From the NCBI GenBank assembly GCA_019117135.1, contig DXAI01000031.1, forward strand, positions 1 to 59,936: a stretch of DNA of 59,936 bases, given 5' to 3'. Position 1 is the stretch's first letter. The number at the start of each line of letters is the position of its first letter. Of this stretch, positions 41,733 through 52,345 are shown one piece after another. The position numbers were made by a program, and so were the translations under genes. The notes below the pieces were generated by a model. It was not told the DNA's origin, made no database searches, and saw only the letters and a program-made list of their open reading frames with translations. The DNA comes from Candidatus Duodenibacillus intestinavium. GTDB lineage: Bacteria; Pseudomonadota; Gammaproteobacteria; Burkholderiales; Burkholderiaceae_F.

Positions 41733-42176
41733 TCATGCGATCGTGATCATGCGTTTGGCAGGCTCCTGGTGCGCGGGCTGCTTGGGTACTTCGATCGTCA
41801 AAATACCGTCTTCAAAACCGGCCTTGCAGTCTTTCTCGTCAACATTCTCGCCGACGTAGAAGGTACGGCTGCAACTGCCGCTGTAGCGTTCCTGACGGAT
41901 CAACGTGCCTTGCTCGTTCTTTTCTTCGCCCTGATGGTTCTTCACTGCCGTTACCGTGAGATAGCCATCTTTCAATTCAGCCGAAACGTCCTCCTTTTTG
42001 AAGCCCGGCAGGTCAATGCTGAACTTGTATGAAGTATCGGTTTCGCGAATATCGGTCTTCATCAGGTGCGAAGCATGCTTGCCGAAGACGCGGTTGTGAC
42101 CGCGGCCAAAATCGGCAAACGGATCAAAAACGTCAAACACACTGTCATCAAACAAACGCGGAAGCATCGCAGACAT
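41733..42176 (-). CDS. Small heat shock protein Hsp20 (alpha-crystallin)
   Basis: MKTDIRE, DLPGFKKED, RQERYSG...RTF, FEDGILTIEVPK and ITI tail; AAGGAG RBS. Confidence 0.93.
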   Translation of the reverse strand: MSAMLPRLFDDSVFDVFDPFADFGRGHNRVFGKHASHLMKTDIRETDTSYKFSIDLPGFKKEDVSAELKDGYLTVTAVKNHQGEEKNEQGTLIRQERYSGSCSRTFYVGENVDEKDCKAGFEDGILTIEVPKQPAHQEPAKRMITIA

Positions 42177-42772
42177 GTTTTTTACTCCTTCTGAACAAGT
42201 AGCTTTCGCTTCTTAATGCCAGAAGCGAAAACCACCTTGCTCTCTTTAAATCTCGTTATCTCCTGGGACTTCAACCCTTTCGGATCCTTGTCCCTTCCTA
42301 CTGAGCTATATGGCTGCGACACATTGTTTTTTATATTGGATCAAACACTAATTGAAATTCAGGGTTTGATCCACACGGCTTCTCCTCATCTTTTCCGCTA
42401 AGCTTTCTCGCTTTTTATTAATAGACAAAACCCTTATTTTTCAGTGTATTTTTTCTTCGTATATTTTAAGTGTTTATCGTTGCTTTTAAGCAACACTTCT
42501 CATGTTCAAAAAGTGAACTAATAGATCAAAGATTTCTTTTATTTTCATATGGATATCTTGAAGGGCCGTCTTTCGGAGAAAATTTAAACTCTTTCGAAAT
42601 CTCTCTCTTTAAACGAAATAAGTAAGCCATCTTAAGTCATTCGGAGTATTCTCATAAACGAGGAAACGACATTTCGCCGCTTCTGATACATAAAGTCAGG
42701 ATGCGCCCTCAGAACTCCGAGACGAAGTGATTTGACGTCGCTCAACCTGACAGAGAGAGGAGAAAAACAAAA

Positions 42773-44290
42773 ATGTTGGATCTTAATCGCCGTTCCCTGA
42801 TCAAAGGTTCCGTCGCTGCAGGCGTTACCGCTTTGTTTGGAACGGCCGCTCAGGCTTCCACCAAAGTCCCCGCAAAATGGGACGAATCGCATGACGTTGT
42901 CGTGATCGGTTCCGGCTTTGCCGGTCTTGCCGCTGCCATTGAAGCCAAGAAGGCAGGCGCCGACACGGTCGTTCTGGAAAAGATGCCTACGGCAGGTGGC
43001 AACTCCATCATCAACGGCGGCATTTTGACGGCTACCGGTTGCCCGCAGCAGCTCAAGCACGGCATCAAGGATTCTCCTGAACTGCTCGCTTCCGACATGC
43101 TCGCTGCCGGTCTCTATATGAACCAGCCCGAAAAGGTGAAGCTTGTCGCCAAGAGCGCTCTGTCCAACTACGAATGGACAGTCAAGGAACTCGGCGTTGA
43201 ATACAATCTCGAAGCCATCGGGCAGGAAGGCGGTCATAGCGTTCCGCGCTACGTTTTCACGAAGAACGGTTCGGGCTCCGGCATCGTTAGCAAGGAACTT
43301 GAGAAGCTCAAGAAGATGGGCGTGCCCGTGCGTCTGCGCTGCTATGTCGAGCGCATTTTCCGTGACGACAGCGGCCGCGTGGTCGGCATTCAGATTCGTG
43401 AAGGCTATCGCTTCCCGAAGGCCGGCTCTGGCAAGGTCAAGACCATCGGTGTCAAGAAAGGTCTGGTGCTGTGCTACGGCGGCTTCTCGCGTGACGTTGA
43501 CTACCGCATGATGCAGGACCCGAAGCTTGTGGCCAAGCTTGATTCCACGAACCAGCCCGGCGCAACGGCTGAGCTGTGGCGTGAAACGAGCCGCATCGGT
43601 TGCGCACAGGTTCAGAACGACTGGATCCAGTGCACGCCGTGGAACAGCCCGAAGGAAAAGGGCATGGGTCTGGGCTGGACGTTCTCTCAGTCCGGCGCTG
43701 CCGAATTCGGTCTCTGGGTCAACACGGCCGGCAAGCGCTTTGTTGACGAACTCGCCAACCGCAAGGTTCGTGCCGACGCCATCATGGTTGAACAGAACAA
43801 GGGTCTGCGCGCCGTGGCCATCTGCACGGAAGCCAACCTGAAGTCCTACAACGTGGCTCGTCCGGGCATGCTCAAGAAGTTGCTCGAATCCGGCGTTGTG
43901 AAGCAGTACAAGACCTTGGCCGACATTGCCGCCGACTACAAGATGCCGGCTGATGTGCTCGCCAAGACGGTCGAAACCTTCAACAAGGCCGTGAAGGATC
44001 GCAAGGATCCGGAATTCAACCGCATCATGAACCCCGAACAGGTTCCGCTGGTTGACGGTCCTTGGTACGCTGCCGAAATGAGCCCGAAGGTTCACCACTG
44101 CATGGGCGGTCTGGTGACCGATATGCAGTGCCGCGTGATGGACATCTCCACAAGCAAGCCGATTCCGGGGTTGTTCGCCGCCGGCGAAGCAACCTCCGGC
44201 GTGCACGGTGCCGTCCGTCTGGGCTCCTGCGCCATCCTTGACTGCCTGGTCAACGGTCGTATCGCCGGCCAGGAAGCCGCTAAGGCCTAA
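42773..44290 (+). CDS. Tat-exported flavocytochrome c flavoprotein subunit (FAD-dependent reductase)
   Basis: NRRSLIK Tat signal, GSGFAGL FAD motif, GGNS, GGHSVPR, HHCMGG, AAGE, RLG. Confidence 0.9.
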   Translation: MLDLNRRSLIKGSVAAGVTALFGTAAQASTKVPAKWDESHDVVVIGSGFAGLAAAIEAKKAGADTVVLEKMPTAGGNSIINGGILTATGCPQQLKHGIKDSPELLASDMLAAGLYMNQPEKVKLVAKSALSNYEWTVKELGVEYNLEAIGQEGGHSVPRYVFTKNGSGSGIVSKELEKLKKMGVPVRLRCYVERIFRDDSGRVVGIQIREGYRFPKAGSGKVKTIGVKKGLVLCYGGFSRDVDYRMMQDPKLVAKLDSTNQPGATAELWRETSRIGCAQVQNDWIQCTPWNSPKEKGMGLGWTFSQSGAAEFGLWVNTAGKRFVDELANRKVRADAIMVEQNKGLRAVAICTEANLKSYNVARPGMLKKLLESGVVKQYKTLADIAADYKMPADVLAKTVETFNKAVKDRKDPEFNRIMNPEQVPLVDGPWYAAEMSPKVHHCMGGLVTDMQCRVMDISTSKPIPGLFAAGEATSGVHGAVRLGSCAILDCLVNGRIAGQEAAKA

Positions 44291-44421
44291 ATCTGAACGA
44301 ACCGTTGCGCTGACGGCCTCGCGCCGCAGCGCAAGGTGACTTCCGATTGATTGCGGCGAAACGATTTACTCAAACCGTTTCGCCGCGTTTTGTTTTGATT
44401 TCCTCCACAAAGGCATTGTTT

Positions 44422-44766
44422 ATGCGTTTTGCCAAACTCGTCGCTCTGAGCGCTGTTCTGCTGTGCGCCATCACTACGAGCGGCTACGCGGCCACCGGAG
44501 CCGAACGGCACGTTGCCAAAGGCGTGAAATGTGAGATCTGCCACGGTCCCGACAAGGCCAACCCACAGCTGCCGACCATTGACAACTGCAAGACCTGCCA
44601 TGACATCAAGGCCTTGGTTGAAAAGACCAAAAACGTCAAACCGACCAATCCGCACGTTTCGCCTCACTACCAAGATCAGCTCGATTGCGTGAACTGCCAC
44701 TACATGCACGAAGAGCCGGTCAACTTCTGCGACCAGTGCCACACTTTCGGCTTTAAAGTACCCTGA
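44422..44766 (+). CDS. Small periplasmic tetraheme cytochrome c
   Basis: Signal peptide and four CxxCH motifs (CEICH, CKTCH, CVNCH, CDQCH). Confidence 0.9.
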   Translation: MRFAKLVALSAVLLCAITTSGYAATGAERHVAKGVKCEICHGPDKANPQLPTIDNCKTCHDIKALVEKTKNVKPTNPHVSPHYQDQLDCVNCHYMHEEPVNFCDQCHTFGFKVP

Positions 44767-44805
44767 CAACAAGAAGCCGCCCGAAGGCGGCCCGACGCAT
44801 TGTCT

Positions 44806-45201
44806 TTAGTGCTTATTGGCATATAGCCGATCCGGCGAAACGATGACCGGATCGGTGATGTGCCATTCGTTGTTTTCAAGTTTGCGATAAAAGCAGCTCT
44901 CTCGTCCGGTATGGCAGGCCATACCGCCCACTTGCGTAACGATGTAGAGCACGCTGTCGCCGTCGCAATCGAGTCGTATTTCGTGCAGCTTCTGCACATT
45001 GCCCGACTCCTCACCCTTGCGCCACAACTTGCCGCGCGAACGCGAGAAATAAACCCCTCGCCCTGTAACCTGCGCTTCATGCAGCGCTTCGGCATTGGCC
45101 CAAGCAAGCATCAGCACGCGCCCGCTTTCAAAATCCTGCGTCACCACGGGAACAAGCCCGTTGGAGTTGAACTTCACCTCGTCGATCCAATTCTTTGTCA
45201 C
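44806..45201 (-). CDS. hisI: Phosphoribosyl-AMP cyclohydrolase
   Basis: SRSR..LW.KGEESG, DCDGD, ACHTG..SCF. Confidence 0.95.
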   Translation of the reverse strand: MTKNWIDEVKFNSNGLVPVVTQDFESGRVLMLAWANAEALHEAQVTGRGVYFSRSRGKLWRKGEESGNVQKLHEIRLDCDGDSVLYIVTQVGGMACHTGRESCFYRKLENNEWHITDPVIVSPDRLYANKH

Positions 45202-45968
45202 AACCGCACCGTAATGCCCTTTTCGGCCATGTACTTCTTGGCTTGTCGCACAGAATATTCGCCGAAGTGAAAAATCGAGGCCGCAAGCACCGCATCAGCC
45301 TTGCCGATCGTGACGCCTTCGACCAGATGATCAAGATTACCCACACCGCCCGAGGCAATCACCGGTACCGATACGGCTTCCGAGACCGTGCGGGTGAGTT
45401 CCAGGTCAAAACCTTGTTTGGTGCCGTCGCAGTCCATACTCGTAAGCAGAATCTCACCGGCGCCGAGAGCCGTCACCTTCTTGGCCCACTCAACAGCATC
45501 AAGCCCGGTCGCCGTCCTTCCCCCGTGCGTGAAGACCTCCCAACCTTTGCTCGGGTCAGCTCTGTCGCGCCTCCGAGCGTCAATGGCCACCACAATACAC
45601 TGCGATCCGTGCAGGGAGGCAGACTCTCCGATCAAATCGGGATTATTGACGCCGGCCGTGTTGATCGAAATCTTGTCGGCGCCGGCATTCAAAAGGCGAC
45701 GGATATCGGAAACTTTGCGCACGCCGCCGCCAACGGTAAGCGGAATAAACACTTGCCCGGCCACGGCTTCGATCACGGACAATATGATGTCGCGCTGATC
45801 ACTCGAAGCCGTGATGTCGAGAAAGGTCAATTCGTCTGCTCCCTCTTCGTTGTAGCGACGAGCAATCTCCACCGGATCGCCCGCGTCGCGTAACGAGACA
45901 AAATTAACACCCTTGACAACGCGCCCTGCGGTCACGTCCAAGCACGGAATGATGCGTTTGGCTAGCAT
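45198..45968 (-). CDS. hisF: Imidazole glycerol phosphate synthase cyclase subunit
   Basis: [28 protein letters not shown]. Confidence 0.97.
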   Translation of the reverse strand: MLAKRIIPCLDVTAGRVVKGVNFVSLRDAGDPVEIARRYNEEGADELTFLDITASSDQRDIILSVIEAVAGQVFIPLTVGGGVRKVSDIRRLLNAGADKISINTAGVNNPDLIGESASLHGSQCIVVAIDARRRDRADPSKGWEVFTHGGRTATGLDAVEWAKKVTALGAGEILLTSMDCDGTKQGFDLELTRTVSEAVSVPVIASGGVGNLDHLVEGVTIGKADAVLAASIFHFGEYSVRQAKKYMAEKGITVRL

Positions 45969-45993
45969 GGTTCGCGTCCTTGTGCACTTTCAA

Positions 45994-46731
45994 TCATTCG
46001 ACGCCGACAAGCTTTTGGGCTTCGGCAAAATCAATGGTGCCCTCGTAAAGACTGCGGCCGAGAACAGCTCCCATAACGCCGTCTTTTTCCACCTGCAGGA
46101 GCGCGCGCACATCGTCGAGCGTATGCATACCGCCCGAAGCGATCACGGGGACTGACACGGCGCGGGCAAGTGCCGCCGTCGCGTCCACATTCACGCCAGA
46201 AAGCATGCCGTCACGAGCAATGTCCGTATAAAGGAAAGCCGAAACGCCATAGTCTTCAAAACGTTGCGCCAAATCAATGACATCATGCCCGGTACTCTTT
46301 ACCCAACCGTCGGTGGCCACGATGCCGCCCTTGGCGTCCAGAGCCACAATGATGCTGTCGGTAAAAACAGCACAAGCTTCCTTCAGAAAACCCGGTGTCT
46401 TCACGGCGGCTGTGCCGATGACGGCATAACGCACACCCGCATCGAGATACGCTTCAATCTGATCGAGCGTACGGATGCCGCCGCCCACTTCAATTTCGGC
46501 GTCTTCTCCGATTTCTTCGATCATTTCACGAATGAGCGGCGCATTTACGGGCTTACCCGTCTTGGCACCGTCCAAATCCACGATATGGATGCGCTCGGCA
46601 CCCAAATCTGCCCACTGACAAGCCTGATCAACGGCGTCCTCGTTATAGACCGTAATGTTGTTTTCCAAATCTCCCTGACGCAGACGTACGCAACGCCCTT
46701 TTTGCAGATCGATTGCAGGAATTAAAAGCAT
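45994..46731 (-). CDS. hisA: ProFAR isomerase
   Basis: IPAIDL..G.CVRL.QG, HIVDLDGA, TDIARDG. Confidence 0.96.
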   Translation of the reverse strand: MLLIPAIDLQKGRCVRLRQGDLENNITVYNEDAVDQACQWADLGAERIHIVDLDGAKTGKPVNAPLIREMIEEIGEDAEIEVGGGIRTLDQIEAYLDAGVRYAVIGTAAVKTPGFLKEACAVFTDSIIVALDAKGGIVATDGWVKSTGHDVIDLAQRFEDYGVSAFLYTDIARDGMLSGVNVDATAALARAVSVPVIASGGMHTLDDVRALLQVEKDGVMGAVLGRSLYEGTIDFAEAQKLVGVE

Positions 46732-46814
46732 GATGAAACCCGATTGTTTTGAAGAAAGGCTTTCCCTTGAAGCCCAAAATCACTCCGGCCCCCGGCCGAA
46801 GCGCAAATGAAAGT

Positions 46815-47450
46815 TCAAATGTCCCAGTGCACGAAATTTGAAAAAAGCTTCAGGCCGCTTGCGGCGCTTTTTTCCGGGTGGAACTGGGTGGCAAAAATAT
46901 TGTCTCTGGCAACGGCACACACGAACGGCAACCCGTAACTTGAGGTCCCGGCGGCAAGTGAATCGTCTTCCGGAGCCACAAAATAGCTGTGCACAAAATA
47001 AAACCAGCTCTTGTCGGCAATACCGTCCCACAAAGGATGCGCCATGCGCTGCGTGACAGTATTCCATCCCATCTGAGGCACCTTGAGCCGTTCGCCGTTG
47101 GCACGCACCAAGGCGGCCTGCGGAAAGCGAATGACTTTGCCCGCCATAAGACCGAGCCCGGCACAATCATTTTCGTCGCTGCGCTCAAAGAGCATCTGCA
47201 TACCGATGCAAACCGCCAGCACGGGCTTATTGGCCAAAGCACGCAGCACGGCGTCCTTGAGTCCCGACTCGCCCAGGCAACGCATGCAGTCCCCCATCGC
47301 CCCCTGTCCCGGAAAAATCACTCGATCTGCCGCATCGATTTCGGCTGCGCTTTGCGTGACCGACACGTCAGCACCGTCGGCCACGGCCCTGACCGCCTGG
47401 CCCACGCTGCGCAGATTGCCGGTGCCGTAATCCACGATCGCTATTTTCAT
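46815..47450 (-). CDS. hisH: Imidazole glycerol phosphate synthase glutaminase subunit
   Basis: DYGTGNL.SV, CIGMQ, YFVHSY, QFHPEKS. Confidence 0.96.
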   Translation of the reverse strand: MKIAIVDYGTGNLRSVGQAVRAVADGADVSVTQSAAEIDAADRVIFPGQGAMGDCMRCLGESGLKDAVLRALANKPVLAVCIGMQMLFERSDENDCAGLGLMAGKVIRFPQAALVRANGERLKVPQMGWNTVTQRMAHPLWDGIADKSWFYFVHSYFVAPEDDSLAAGTSSYGLPFVCAVARDNIFATQFHPEKSAASGLKLFSNFVHWDI

Positions 47451-48034
47451 AGTGCGCCCTTCGTGCTCGGAATCACGTCCGCAGCCCGCTCGTCGGTTGC
47501 CACCGCAGCACGAAGCGCACGCGCAAACGCCTTAAAGATCGACTCAGCCTGATGATGTGCGTTTTCACCCTTGAGATTGTCGATATGCAGCGTCATGCCG
47601 GCGTGGTTTGAAACCGCCTGGAAAAACTCGCGCACGAGCTGCGAATCAAGTGCCCCGATCATCGGAGCGGTAAAGTCGCAGTCAAAATACAACCCCGGAC
47701 GACCGGAAAGGTCAAGCACAACACGAGACAAAGATTCGTCGAGCGGAATACAAGCTTGTCCGTAACGCACAATGCCCTTTTTTTCTCCGAGGGCCTCTTT
47801 GAGCGCCTGCCCGAGCACAATGCCGGCGTCTTCGACCGTGTGATGACCGTCGACATAAAGATCCCCTTCGACCTTCACGTCCAGATCCATCAATCCGTGC
47901 CGAGCAATCTGCTCCAGCATGTGATCGAAAAAGCCGATGCCCGTATGAACAGCGCAACGACCGGTGCCGTCCAAATTCAGACGCACCTCGATTTGCGTTT
48001 CTTTCGTTTTGCGCGAAATGGCTGCCGTACGCAT
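47447..48034 (-). CDS. hisB: Imidazoleglycerol-phosphate dehydratase (monofunctional)
   Basis: [32 protein letters not shown]. Confidence 0.95.
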   Translation of the reverse strand: MRTAAISRKTKETQIEVRLNLDGTGRCAVHTGIGFFDHMLEQIARHGLMDLDVKVEGDLYVDGHHTVEDAGIVLGQALKEALGEKKGIVRYGQACIPLDESLSRVVLDLSGRPGLYFDCDFTAPMIGALDSQLVREFFQAVSNHAGMTLHIDNLKGENAHHQAESIFKAFARALRAAVATDERAADVIPSTKGAL

Positions 48035-48113
48035 CAACGGATACTCCCTTACATCGTTGATCGAATCTGCTACGGGCGCAACTCTGCTTCGCGCCCGTGC
48101 AGAAATCTGCCGA

Positions 48114-49418
48114 TTACTTTTCGTCCTGAATGCGATAGTGAGCGCTCGCGGCGTGCGCATAAAGCGACTCGCCCTTACCCAAACATTCGGCGATGCGCGC
48201 CAGAGGCGTCACCCCCTGCTGCTGCACGTAGATCATGCTCGTGCGTTTCTGGAAGTCATAGACACCCAGCGGCGACGAGAAGCGAGCCGTGCGGCTCGTG
48301 GGCAGCACGTGGTTGGGACCGGCACAGTAGTCACCAAGCGCCTCGGAAGAATAACGGCCGAGGAAGATAGCACCGGCATGGTGAATCAATTCGGCCCACT
48401 TCTCAGGATCGTCCGTACTCATTTCCAAGTGTTCGGGAGCAATCGTATCGGCAATGCGGCAGGCTTCTTCCAAATCATGCGTCACAATGATGGCGCCGCG
48501 ATTGGCAAGCGACTGACGGATAATGTCCTTGCGCGGCATTGCTTCGATCTGCCGATCCATCGACGCTTCAACCGCATCGGCAAAAGCCGCGTCAGGAGTC
48601 AAAAGCACCGCCTGCGCGAGTACGTCGTGCTCGGCCTGGCTGAAGAGATCCATTGCGATCCAGTCCGGATCGGTCTTGCCGTCGCAAATAACGAGAATTT
48701 CAGAAGGACCGGCGATCATATCGATGCCCACGCGGCCGAATACCTTTCGCTTGGCGGCCGCCACATAGGCGTTGCCAGGGCCCACGATCTTGTCGACAGG
48801 TTCGATCGTTTCGGTGCCGTAGGCTAGCGCAGCCACGGCCTGTGCGCCGCCGATCGTAAACGCGCGGGAAACGCCGGCCAGACTTGCAGCGGCCAGAACC
48901 AATTGATTCTTCTGTCCGCCGGGAGTGGGCACCACCATTTCGATACGCTTGACGCCGGCAACCAATGCGGGCATTGCGTTCATCAAAACAGAGCTCGGGT
49001 ATGCTGCCAAGCCGCCCGGCACATAGAGACCGACAGAGTCGACAGGCGTGACTCGCTGACCCAACTTGTTGCCGTATTCGTCAGAAACCGAAAAGCTCTT
49101 TTCGAGCTCATTTTCGTGGAACACGCGGATGCGGCGGGCGGCTTCTTCAAGTGCCGTGCGCTGTTCTTCAGGCAACGTTTCAAGCGCCTGACGCATTTCT
49201 TCAGCGGTAATCACCAAATCGGAGAGCTTTTCTGCGGGCAGTCGGTCAAAGCGAGCCGTGTATTCGAGCACAGCCGCGTCACCGCGCTCGCGCACATCAT
49301 CGACAATCGCTTCGGCTCGACGCGTGATCTCCGGATCAACACTGGCGTCCACCGCCACCAATTCACTGAATTTCTTTTGAAAGTCTGCCTCGGCAGACGA
49401 CAAACGACGGATCTGCAT
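48114..49418 (-). CDS. hisD: Histidinol dehydrogenase
   Basis: [42 protein letters not shown]. Confidence 0.97.
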   Translation of the reverse strand: MQIRRLSSAEADFQKKFSELVAVDASVDPEITRRAEAIVDDVRERGDAAVLEYTARFDRLPAEKLSDLVITAEEMRQALETLPEEQRTALEEAARRIRVFHENELEKSFSVSDEYGNKLGQRVTPVDSVGLYVPGGLAAYPSSVLMNAMPALVAGVKRIEMVVPTPGGQKNQLVLAAASLAGVSRAFTIGGAQAVAALAYGTETIEPVDKIVGPGNAYVAAAKRKVFGRVGIDMIAGPSEILVICDGKTDPDWIAMDLFSQAEHDVLAQAVLLTPDAAFADAVEASMDRQIEAMPRKDIIRQSLANRGAIIVTHDLEEACRIADTIAPEHLEMSTDDPEKWAELIHHAGAIFLGRYSSEALGDYCAGPNHVLPTSRTARFSSPLGVYDFQKRTSMIYVQQQGVTPLARIAECLGKGESLYAHAASAHYRIQDEK

Positions 49419-49445
49419 TCTTTCCTCCCTACAAATCTTGCGTTC

Positions 49446-50099
49446 TTACTCTTTCCGACGACGCTCTTCGACCACTGAGCGCATGGCATCCATGATCGGC
49501 ATCAGTTCTTCGCGCTTGAGCTTCATGGCAGCCTGATTGACAATGAGGCGCGACGAAATCGGCGCAATCGTCTTGATTTCCACCATATTGTTGGCTTTGA
49601 GCGTCGCTCCCGTACTCACTAGGTCAACAATGGCGTCGGCCAGTCCGGCAATCGGCGCGAGTTCCATAGAGCCGTAAAGCTTGATGAGGTCAACGTGTAC
49701 GCCTTCACGGGCAAAATAGTCACGCGACCACTTGATGTATTTCGTCGCCACGCGAATGCGGCTGCCGCGGCGCACATTGGTGTCCCAGTCAAAGCCGCGA
49801 GGAGCTGCCACGCTCATTCGGCAACGGGCAATACCCAAATCCACAGGCACGTACAGACCGTTGCCGCCGTGTTCATAGAGCGAATCCCAGCCGGCAACGC
49901 CAAGGTCTGCAGCGCCGTACTGCACATAAGTCGGCACGTCGGTTGCGCGAAGCACCACGATGCGGAGATCCTCCCGATTTGTTCCGATCATGAGCTTGCG
50001 GGAGTCTTCCGGATTTTCCAGCGGACGAATGCCGGCGGCGGCCAGAAACGGCAACACCTCCTCAAAGATTCGTCCTTTTGATAGAGCAAGCGTAATCAT
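49446..50099 (-). CDS. hisG: ATP phosphoribosyltransferase, short form
   Basis: [36 protein letters not shown]; 217 aa. Confidence 0.95.
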   Translation of the reverse strand: MITLALSKGRIFEEVLPFLAAAGIRPLENPEDSRKLMIGTNREDLRIVVLRATDVPTYVQYGAADLGVAGWDSLYEHGGNGLYVPVDLGIARCRMSVAAPRGFDWDTNVRRGSRIRVATKYIKWSRDYFAREGVHVDLIKLYGSMELAPIAGLADAIVDLVSTGATLKANNMVEIKTIAPISSRLIVNQAAMKLKREELMPIMDAMRSVVEERRRKE

Positions 50100-50134
50100 T
50101 TCTGCGCCTTTGTTTTTTTATTTTGATAATGGAT

Positions 50135-51388
50135 CTAGTTTAGCCTTTCGATCTGCGCTCCCAACGCAGAAAGCTTGGCTTCGATGTGTTCGTAACCACG
50201 ATCCAGATGGTAGATGCGTTCGATGACAGACTCTCCCTGAGCTGCCAGCGCCGCAATAACAAGACATGCCGAAGCACGCAAATCGGTGGCCATCACAGTC
50301 GCTGCGTCCAGTCTTTCGACCCCCTGCACAACTGCCGTGTGGCCGTCGACGTGAATGTCCGCTCCCATGCGCTGCAGTTCGGGCACGTGCATGAAGCGGT
50401 TTTCAAAAATAGTTTCCACAATTCGACCCGTGCCTTGTGCAACGGCGTCAAGCGCCATGAACTGCGCCTGCATGTCGGTCGGAAAGCCCGGGTGCGGAAT
50501 GGTGCGCACGTCCACCGCCTTGGGACGCCCCGAAATCTTGGCGCGAATCCAATCCTCGCCGACTTCAACTTCACCACCCGCCTCGCGCAATTTGCCGATC
50601 ACAGCCTCCATTGCCCAAGGCACAGTATCGGTCACCATCACGTCGCCGCCGGTAGCAAGCGCCGCGCACAAAAACGTCCCCGTTTCGATACGATCGGCAA
50701 TGACAGAATGCTCGCACCCGTGAAGCTTCTTGACACCTTCAATCACGATTTGCGGCGTACCCGCTCCCGTCACCTTAGCGCCCATCTTATTGAGGCATTC
50801 GGCCAAATCAATCACTTCGGGCTCTCGCGCCGCGTTTTCAATAATCGTTGTTCCTTCGGCAAGGACCGCCGCCATCATGATGTTTTCGGTGCCGGTCACC
50901 GTCACCATATCAGGCACGATGCGGCATCCCTTCAAACGGCCTGCGCTAGCCTGCATGTAACCGTGATCAATTTCGATTTCTGCGCCCATCATCTTGAGCG
51001 CCTTGATATGCTGATCCACGGGACGTGCACCGATTGAACAACCGCCCGGCAACGACACGCGTGCATTGCCGAAACGCGTCGTAAGCGGGCCGAGAACAAG
51101 AACTGAGGCCCGCATGGTTTTGACAAGTTCATACGGAGCCTGGGTAGAAGTGATATTGCCCGCATTCATTCGAACCGTGCCGTTGCCAAGATCCTCAAAC
51201 GCAACGCCCATGCCTTCGAGGAGTTTAGCCATCGTGCGCACGTCAGCAAGTTCCGGAACATTGTGCAGCACCACATCGTCGGCCGTTAAAAGCGCTGCGG
51301 CAATGATTGGCAACGCAGCGTTTTTGGCGCCCGATGCCTTTACTTGTCCGACAAGGCGACGACCGCCGACAATTCTGAGTTTCTGCAT
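50135..51388 (-). CDS. murA: UDP-N-acetylglucosamine 1-carboxyvinyltransferase
   Basis: [40 protein letters not shown]. Confidence 0.97.
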   Translation of the reverse strand: MQKLRIVGGRRLVGQVKASGAKNAALPIIAAALLTADDVVLHNVPELADVRTMAKLLEGMGVAFEDLGNGTVRMNAGNITSTQAPYELVKTMRASVLVLGPLTTRFGNARVSLPGGCSIGARPVDQHIKALKMMGAEIEIDHGYMQASAGRLKGCRIVPDMVTVTGTENIMMAAVLAEGTTIIENAAREPEVIDLAECLNKMGAKVTGAGTPQIVIEGVKKLHGCEHSVIADRIETGTFLCAALATGGDVMVTDTVPWAMEAVIGKLREAGGEVEVGEDWIRAKISGRPKAVDVRTIPHPGFPTDMQAQFMALDAVAQGTGRIVETIFENRFMHVPELQRMGADIHVDGHTAVVQGVERLDAATVMATDLRASACLVIAALAAQGESVIERIYHLDRGYEHIEAKLSALGAQIERLN

Positions 51389-51520
51389 ATCTCCGTATCC
51401 ATTCCTGATCATTAGGCCGGCACGCACGCCGCCCCTCGGAAATTTATGTCCGAGTTTTTGATTTTACCGCAGGGATTTCGGCCTCAGTCCGCAATTGCTC
51501 TGTCTTTTTACGGTTTTTTC

Positions 51521-52345
51521 TCAGGAATAAAGCGACTCGAAGCGAACGAAATGATGAATCGGTCCGTGACCGCTCCCCACCGTCAGATCGTCGGAAGCTT
51601 TGATGGCTTCTTCAATGTAGCGCCGAGCCAAACGAACCGCCTGCGGCAGATCGTCGGTGCGCGCCCAGAGCGCGGCAATGGCCGACGAAAGTGAGCATCC
51701 TGTGCCATGCGTGTTTTTCGTGTGTACACGAGGACCGTCCAGATCAATGAACGCCTTGCCGTCATAGAAAACATCGCGAAGCGTCTCTTCAACACTATGT
51801 CCGCCTTTGAGATAGACAGCGGTTTTTCCGCCGCACATATCCCAAAGTTCCCGTGCAGCTTCATGCATGTTTGCGGTAGCACGAACTTCGCGACCGAGCA
51901 GTACGGAAGCTTCCGGCAGATTGGGCGTAATCACGTCGGCCAACGGCAACAGCTCTTCCTTGAAAAAGGCAACGGCATCATCGGGCATCAGCCGATCGCC
52001 GCTTTTGGCAACCATTACCGTATCAAGCACAACCTTTGGAGCCTGATGCGCTCGCAAAGCCTGAGCCACGGCAGCCATCACGTCCTGAGCGCCGAGCATG
52101 CCAATCTTGACGGCATCAATACGCACATCGGCAAAAAGCGTATCAATCTGCTCCTTCACAAACGCCGCAGGAACAGGCATCACACCCGTCACTGCCCTCG
52201 TGTTTTGCGCCGTTAAAGCGGCAATGACACCGGTCGCAAACGTCCCCAACGCCGACATCACTTTGACATCGGCCAGAACGCCCGCGCCGCCGGAAGGGTC
52301 AACACCGGCAATTGTCAAGACATTTTTGATGTTTCTTGCGCCCAT
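51521..52345 (-). CDS. thiD: Hydroxymethylpyrimidine/phosphomethylpyrimidine kinase
   Basis: IAG.DPSGGAG..AD, TAQNT, KIGML, TPNLPEA, KGGH, THGTGC. Confidence 0.93.
   Translation of the reverse strand: MGARNIKNVLTIAGVDPSGGAGVLADVKVMSALGTFATGVIAALTAQNTRAVTGVMPVPAAFVKEQIDTLFADVRIDAVKIGMLGAQDVMAAVAQALRAHQAPKVVLDTVMVAKSGDRLMPDDAVAFFKEELLPLADVITPNLPEASVLLGREVRATANMHEAARELWDMCGGKTAVYLKGGHSVEETLRDVFYDGKAFIDLDGPRVHTKNTHGTGCSLSSAIAALWARTDDLPQAVRLARRYIEEAIKASDDLTVGSGHGPIHHFVRFESLYS

Noticed and set aside
42732-42745. FNR-like site TTGAC-N4-CTCAA
   Set aside because: Two mismatches to TTGAT-N4-ATCAA and too close to the start codon for confident assignment.
42632-44206. 524-aa ORF on the minus strand
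   Set aside because: Antisense shadow of the flavocytochrome gene, explained by codon bias; no recognisable motifs.
40800-44800. Genomic island integrated at tRNA-Gly
   Set aside because: The tRNA is followed by core trmB; no integrase or duplicated tRNA 3' end was seen.
47447-48160. Longest-ORF starts for hisB, and likewise accB, ffh, ampD, murA, yggT and the kinase
   Set aside because: The extensions overlap neighbours or lack family similarity; downstream ATGs matching family N-termini were used instead.
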